Made by a program: the position numbers and the translations under genes. Below the pieces are notes generated by a model that was given only the letters and a program-made list of their open reading frames with translations, did not search any database and was not told the origin of the DNA. Below are positions 18,415-20,643 of a stretch of DNA of 20,643 bases, piece after piece. The DNA comes from an uncultured Rhodopirellula sp. (GTDB lineage: Bacteria > Planctomycetota > Planctomycetia > Pirellulales > Pirellulaceae): NCBI GenBank assembly GCA_964007735.1, contig CAXGAI010000005.1, positions 124,001-144,643 of the forward strand, given 5' to 3'. Every line of letters begins with the position of its first letter. Within the stretch, counting starts at the first letter, position 1.

Positions 18415-19080
18415 CTAACGCGAATTGCGTTTAACTCCGAAGAAGTCGCCACCCTTTAGACTCTCATCATCTGTACCCCATGAAATCTCTTTCGACATTC
18501 GTTTGAGCATCGGAATGTGTTTGGAACAGTGGATATACGCCTCTTCGACCCTTACACGCACCCATCGCTCAGGTTTTCTTCCTCCACTAGCCTCCATGGC
18601 AACACGCACATCACCCGGCACTGAGTCCGACTCAAGTAATACGTCGTTCTCAATGATTTCCGCAGTCCCATTGATGTGCAATCCGATGGTTGATGAGAAA
18701 AAGTCTACCAGCAGTAGACCGATGTGAGGATTCTCCGAGATATTACCTAAGCTTGCCATAACACCGTTTCCACGGTATTCCGGATAGATCACCGTATGCT
18801 GATCAAGTGGGATAATAAATCCCGGTAATCCACAACGAATCGTGCAGTCACATTCCCCATGCTTGTCTGCAGTAGATACAAACATGATCTCCATTCTGTC
18901 AATGAAGCGACGCATTTCTTCATTCAAGTGATCCAGTACTTGATTGGAATAAAATTTCTCAGCCCGCTTGGAAGTACCAAACTGTGCCTGAAGCACGTGC
19001 TCTCCATCTGAACCGGGGAGAGAACATGCTTCCGACTGCAAATCATTTAGGCTGTTCTTGGACGCGTCTTGTTGGGTCAT
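18415..19080 (-). CDS. Pyridoxamine 5'-phosphate oxidase family (split-barrel FMN-binding) protein
   Basis: FVSTADKHGECD..IR.G.PGF, YPEYRGNGVMASLGNISENPHIGLL.VDF, GLHINGTA, EEAYIHCSKHIP. The likely start is ATG 19080; the ORF extends to 19194. Confidence 0.9.
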   Translation of the reverse strand: MTQQDASKNSLNDLQSEACSLPGSDGEHVLQAQFGTSKRAEKFYSNQVLDHLNEEMRRFIDRMEIMFVSTADKHGECDCTIRCGLPGFIIPLDQHTVIYPEYRGNGVMASLGNISENPHIGLLLVDFFSSTIGLHINGTAEIIENDVLLESDSVPGDVRVAMEASGGRKPERWVRVRVEEAYIHCSKHIPMLKRMSKEISWGTDDESLKGGDFFGVKRNSR

Positions 19081-19356
19081 TTGCAAATATGTTGGGCATT
19101 GATGACGAATTGCAACAGGTCGTTTCGACACTTGGTATCTAAGAGTCCACCGTAACAGAATCCGATGGTTCTGCCAGACCATCAAAATCTTCAATTTTCA
19201 GAAACTTATATCCTCGAAATTGCGTCTAAAACACTCCCGAGTTGCTAAATGGATTACATGAACGAACAATAAAGCACGACATAGTTTTTGAAATGCACTC
19301 GGAAACGTATATAGTTCTCTGCACATAAACTAATGAGACCATTCGAGGAACCTGCT

Positions 19357-20643
19357 ATGAAACGCTCTTGTTTCTGCACTGTAAGCACATCCAGAACTTT
19401 TTACGCCATGATCACCTTCGTAGCCATGATGTCCATACCTACCATGTTCTTGACCATGGCAGGTACGACACATGCGCAGGAACCCGGCTATCTGGAAGAA
19501 TTTGCCTTGTCTAAGGATCGGCAGGCAACGGTCGATACGCTGATTCCAGGTACGAATGATCATTTCTACTACTGGTGCTTACATCTGCTGAACGAAGGAG
19601 AACTAGACGAAGCTACGGAAGTACTAGGTAACTGGATTAAGCAACATGGTAAGAACGGTCAATCTGCCGCGATGCAGAAACTGGGAAACCGGCTCTTATT
19701 ACTCAATACGGAATCGGATCCAAAGGCGACGATCGACAAGTTACGTAAATTGCTAAACCTTACCTACAACTACAGAAATCCATCAAATCCTCCTGCAAAA
19801 TTCCCATCAACGCTGAGCCAATCCGTTGTTTCAGATGAGACGCTAACCAAAAAATTTCTAACGGCACACCCTAATGATGTCGGCCAATTCGAGCCGCTTG
19901 CATTTCCGCAACTATTTAATGTAACCCTCACGCGCAACCAGCGTGAAAACCTTCTGGCACAGGTACGGCCAAACCAATTCATTGCCGAATTGCCCAAGAT
20001 GCTGGTCGATAGTGCCGCAGACCTAAATTACAAAGGACCATTGTCTGCGCGTCACGTAAATGCCTGGAACACACTCACCCTTGCGCAGCTGGATGAGATT
20101 CGTCAGCTTAGACCAACAGTATTTAATGAAAATCAGTACGTGCAGTATTACGTACAACGACTACAAGCAAGCACAGAACTCGATTGGCAAAACGACAAAA
20201 AAGATCGCCGTGCATATCTCAATCGCATTTGGAGTTTTATCAGCCAGCTTGCACCAGTTCACAATGCAATGCGGGCATCCGTACTTGAGCAACTTCTGTT
20301 GCTCGATCAATCCGAGGGCACATATAACCGCGAGTTGTTTACACAATATATCCGCTTGCCGATTGTTAAATTTAACTATGTAAACCGAAAGTATATCGAC
20401 AGTATCAACCAGCGATTTTGGGTTCGTGGCCCCGCAAATACATTCTTGAACCTGTTATTTCCAACCGCGGTTGATCACAGCAAGCTCATATCGGACTATC
20501 TTCAACACTTCGCAACTGAGGATGAAGACTTCCAGCCGTGGGTAGCCTACCTGAATGACGCGTACGTGCGTCAACAGTACGCCGAGAGTCGAATCACTAA
20601 TGGAATTGGTGATCCGCAGCGCTGGTACGCGGCACTTTCACCC
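19357..20643 (+). CDS. N-terminal 429 aa of a large secreted hypothetical protein (runs off the window)
   Basis: Not in the ORF track. Open frame from ATG 19357 (GAGGA RBS) to the window end. Signal peptide ending THA, then QEPGYLEEFALSKDRQATVDTLIPGTNDHFYYWCLHLLN...LTLAQLDEI... Confidence 0.9.
   Translation, partial: MKRSCFCTVSTSRTFYAMITFVAMMSIPTMFLTMAGTTHAQEPGYLEEFALSKDRQATVDTLIPGTNDHFYYWCLHLLNEGELDEATEVLGNWIKQHGKNGQSAAMQKLGNRLLLLNTESDPKATIDKLRKLLNLTYNYRNPSNPPAKFPSTLSQSVVSDETLTKKFLTAHPNDVGQFEPLAFPQLFNVTLTRNQRENLLAQVRPNQFIAELPKMLVDSAADLNYKGPLSARHVNAWNTLTLAQLDEIRQLRPTVFNENQYVQYYVQRLQASTELDWQNDKKDRRAYLNRIWSFISQLAPVHNAMRASVLEQLLLLDQSEGTYNRELFTQYIRLPIVKFNYVNRKYIDSINQRFWVRGPANTFLNLLFPTAVDHSKLISDYLQHFATEDEDFQPWVAYLNDAYVRQQYAESRITNGIGDPQRWYAALSP

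Noticed and set aside
10276..18727. Mutually similar ORFs 10276..10461(-) and 18425..18727(+) sharing SGMCLEQWIYASS-like text
   Set aside because: Antisense reflections of the two PNPOx copies. The codon differences are synonymous in the PNPOx frame.
19081..19194. N-terminal 38 codons of the 259-aa PNPOx ORF
   Set aside because: Not family-like and within the divergent promoter region; ATG 19080 is the more plausible start.
19330..20383. Short ORFs 19330..19563(-), 19770..19997(-), 20060..20383(+) and 20161..20346(-)
   Set aside because: All overlap the long open plus-strand frame starting at 19357.
1..20643. CRISPR arrays, IS elements, rRNA, tandem repeats, defence systems
   Set aside because: No regularly spaced repeats and no transposase, integrase or nuclease motifs seen by eye.

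Overview
Bacterial genomic window, most likely from a planctomycete (Pirellulales-like; inferred from the gene families present). The left third is a minus-strand housekeeping run: DASS/SLC13 transporter, kdsB, pyrG and a DUF1844-like gene cut by the window edge. Next come a secreted PQQ-type beta-propeller, a tRNA with CAT anticodon (probably Ile2), a secreted esterase, psd-pssA and a small conserved hypothetical gene. A tightly packed plus-strand cluster follows: VTT/DedA membrane protein, YagF/YjhG sugar-acid dehydratase, exported tandem cyanophycinase-like protein, and a sugar-type ABC permease/binding protein/permease set with no ATPase. The window ends with a pyridoxamine-5'-phosphate-oxidase-like (PNPOx) flavoprotein gene and the start of a large secreted protein. 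The main items the ORF track misses or does not explain are: (i) a 29-aa Lys/Arg-rich ORF at 18177-18266 with its own promoter and RBS, a candidate bS22/mS38/eL41-like small ribosomal protein; (ii) a diverged, inverted 3' copy of the PNPOx gene at 10346-10498; (iii) a ~70-aa soluble insertion in the DASS transporter; (iv) a Glu-to-Lys change in the catalytic motif of the first cyanophycinase domain. I saw no mobile elements or CRISPR arrays.
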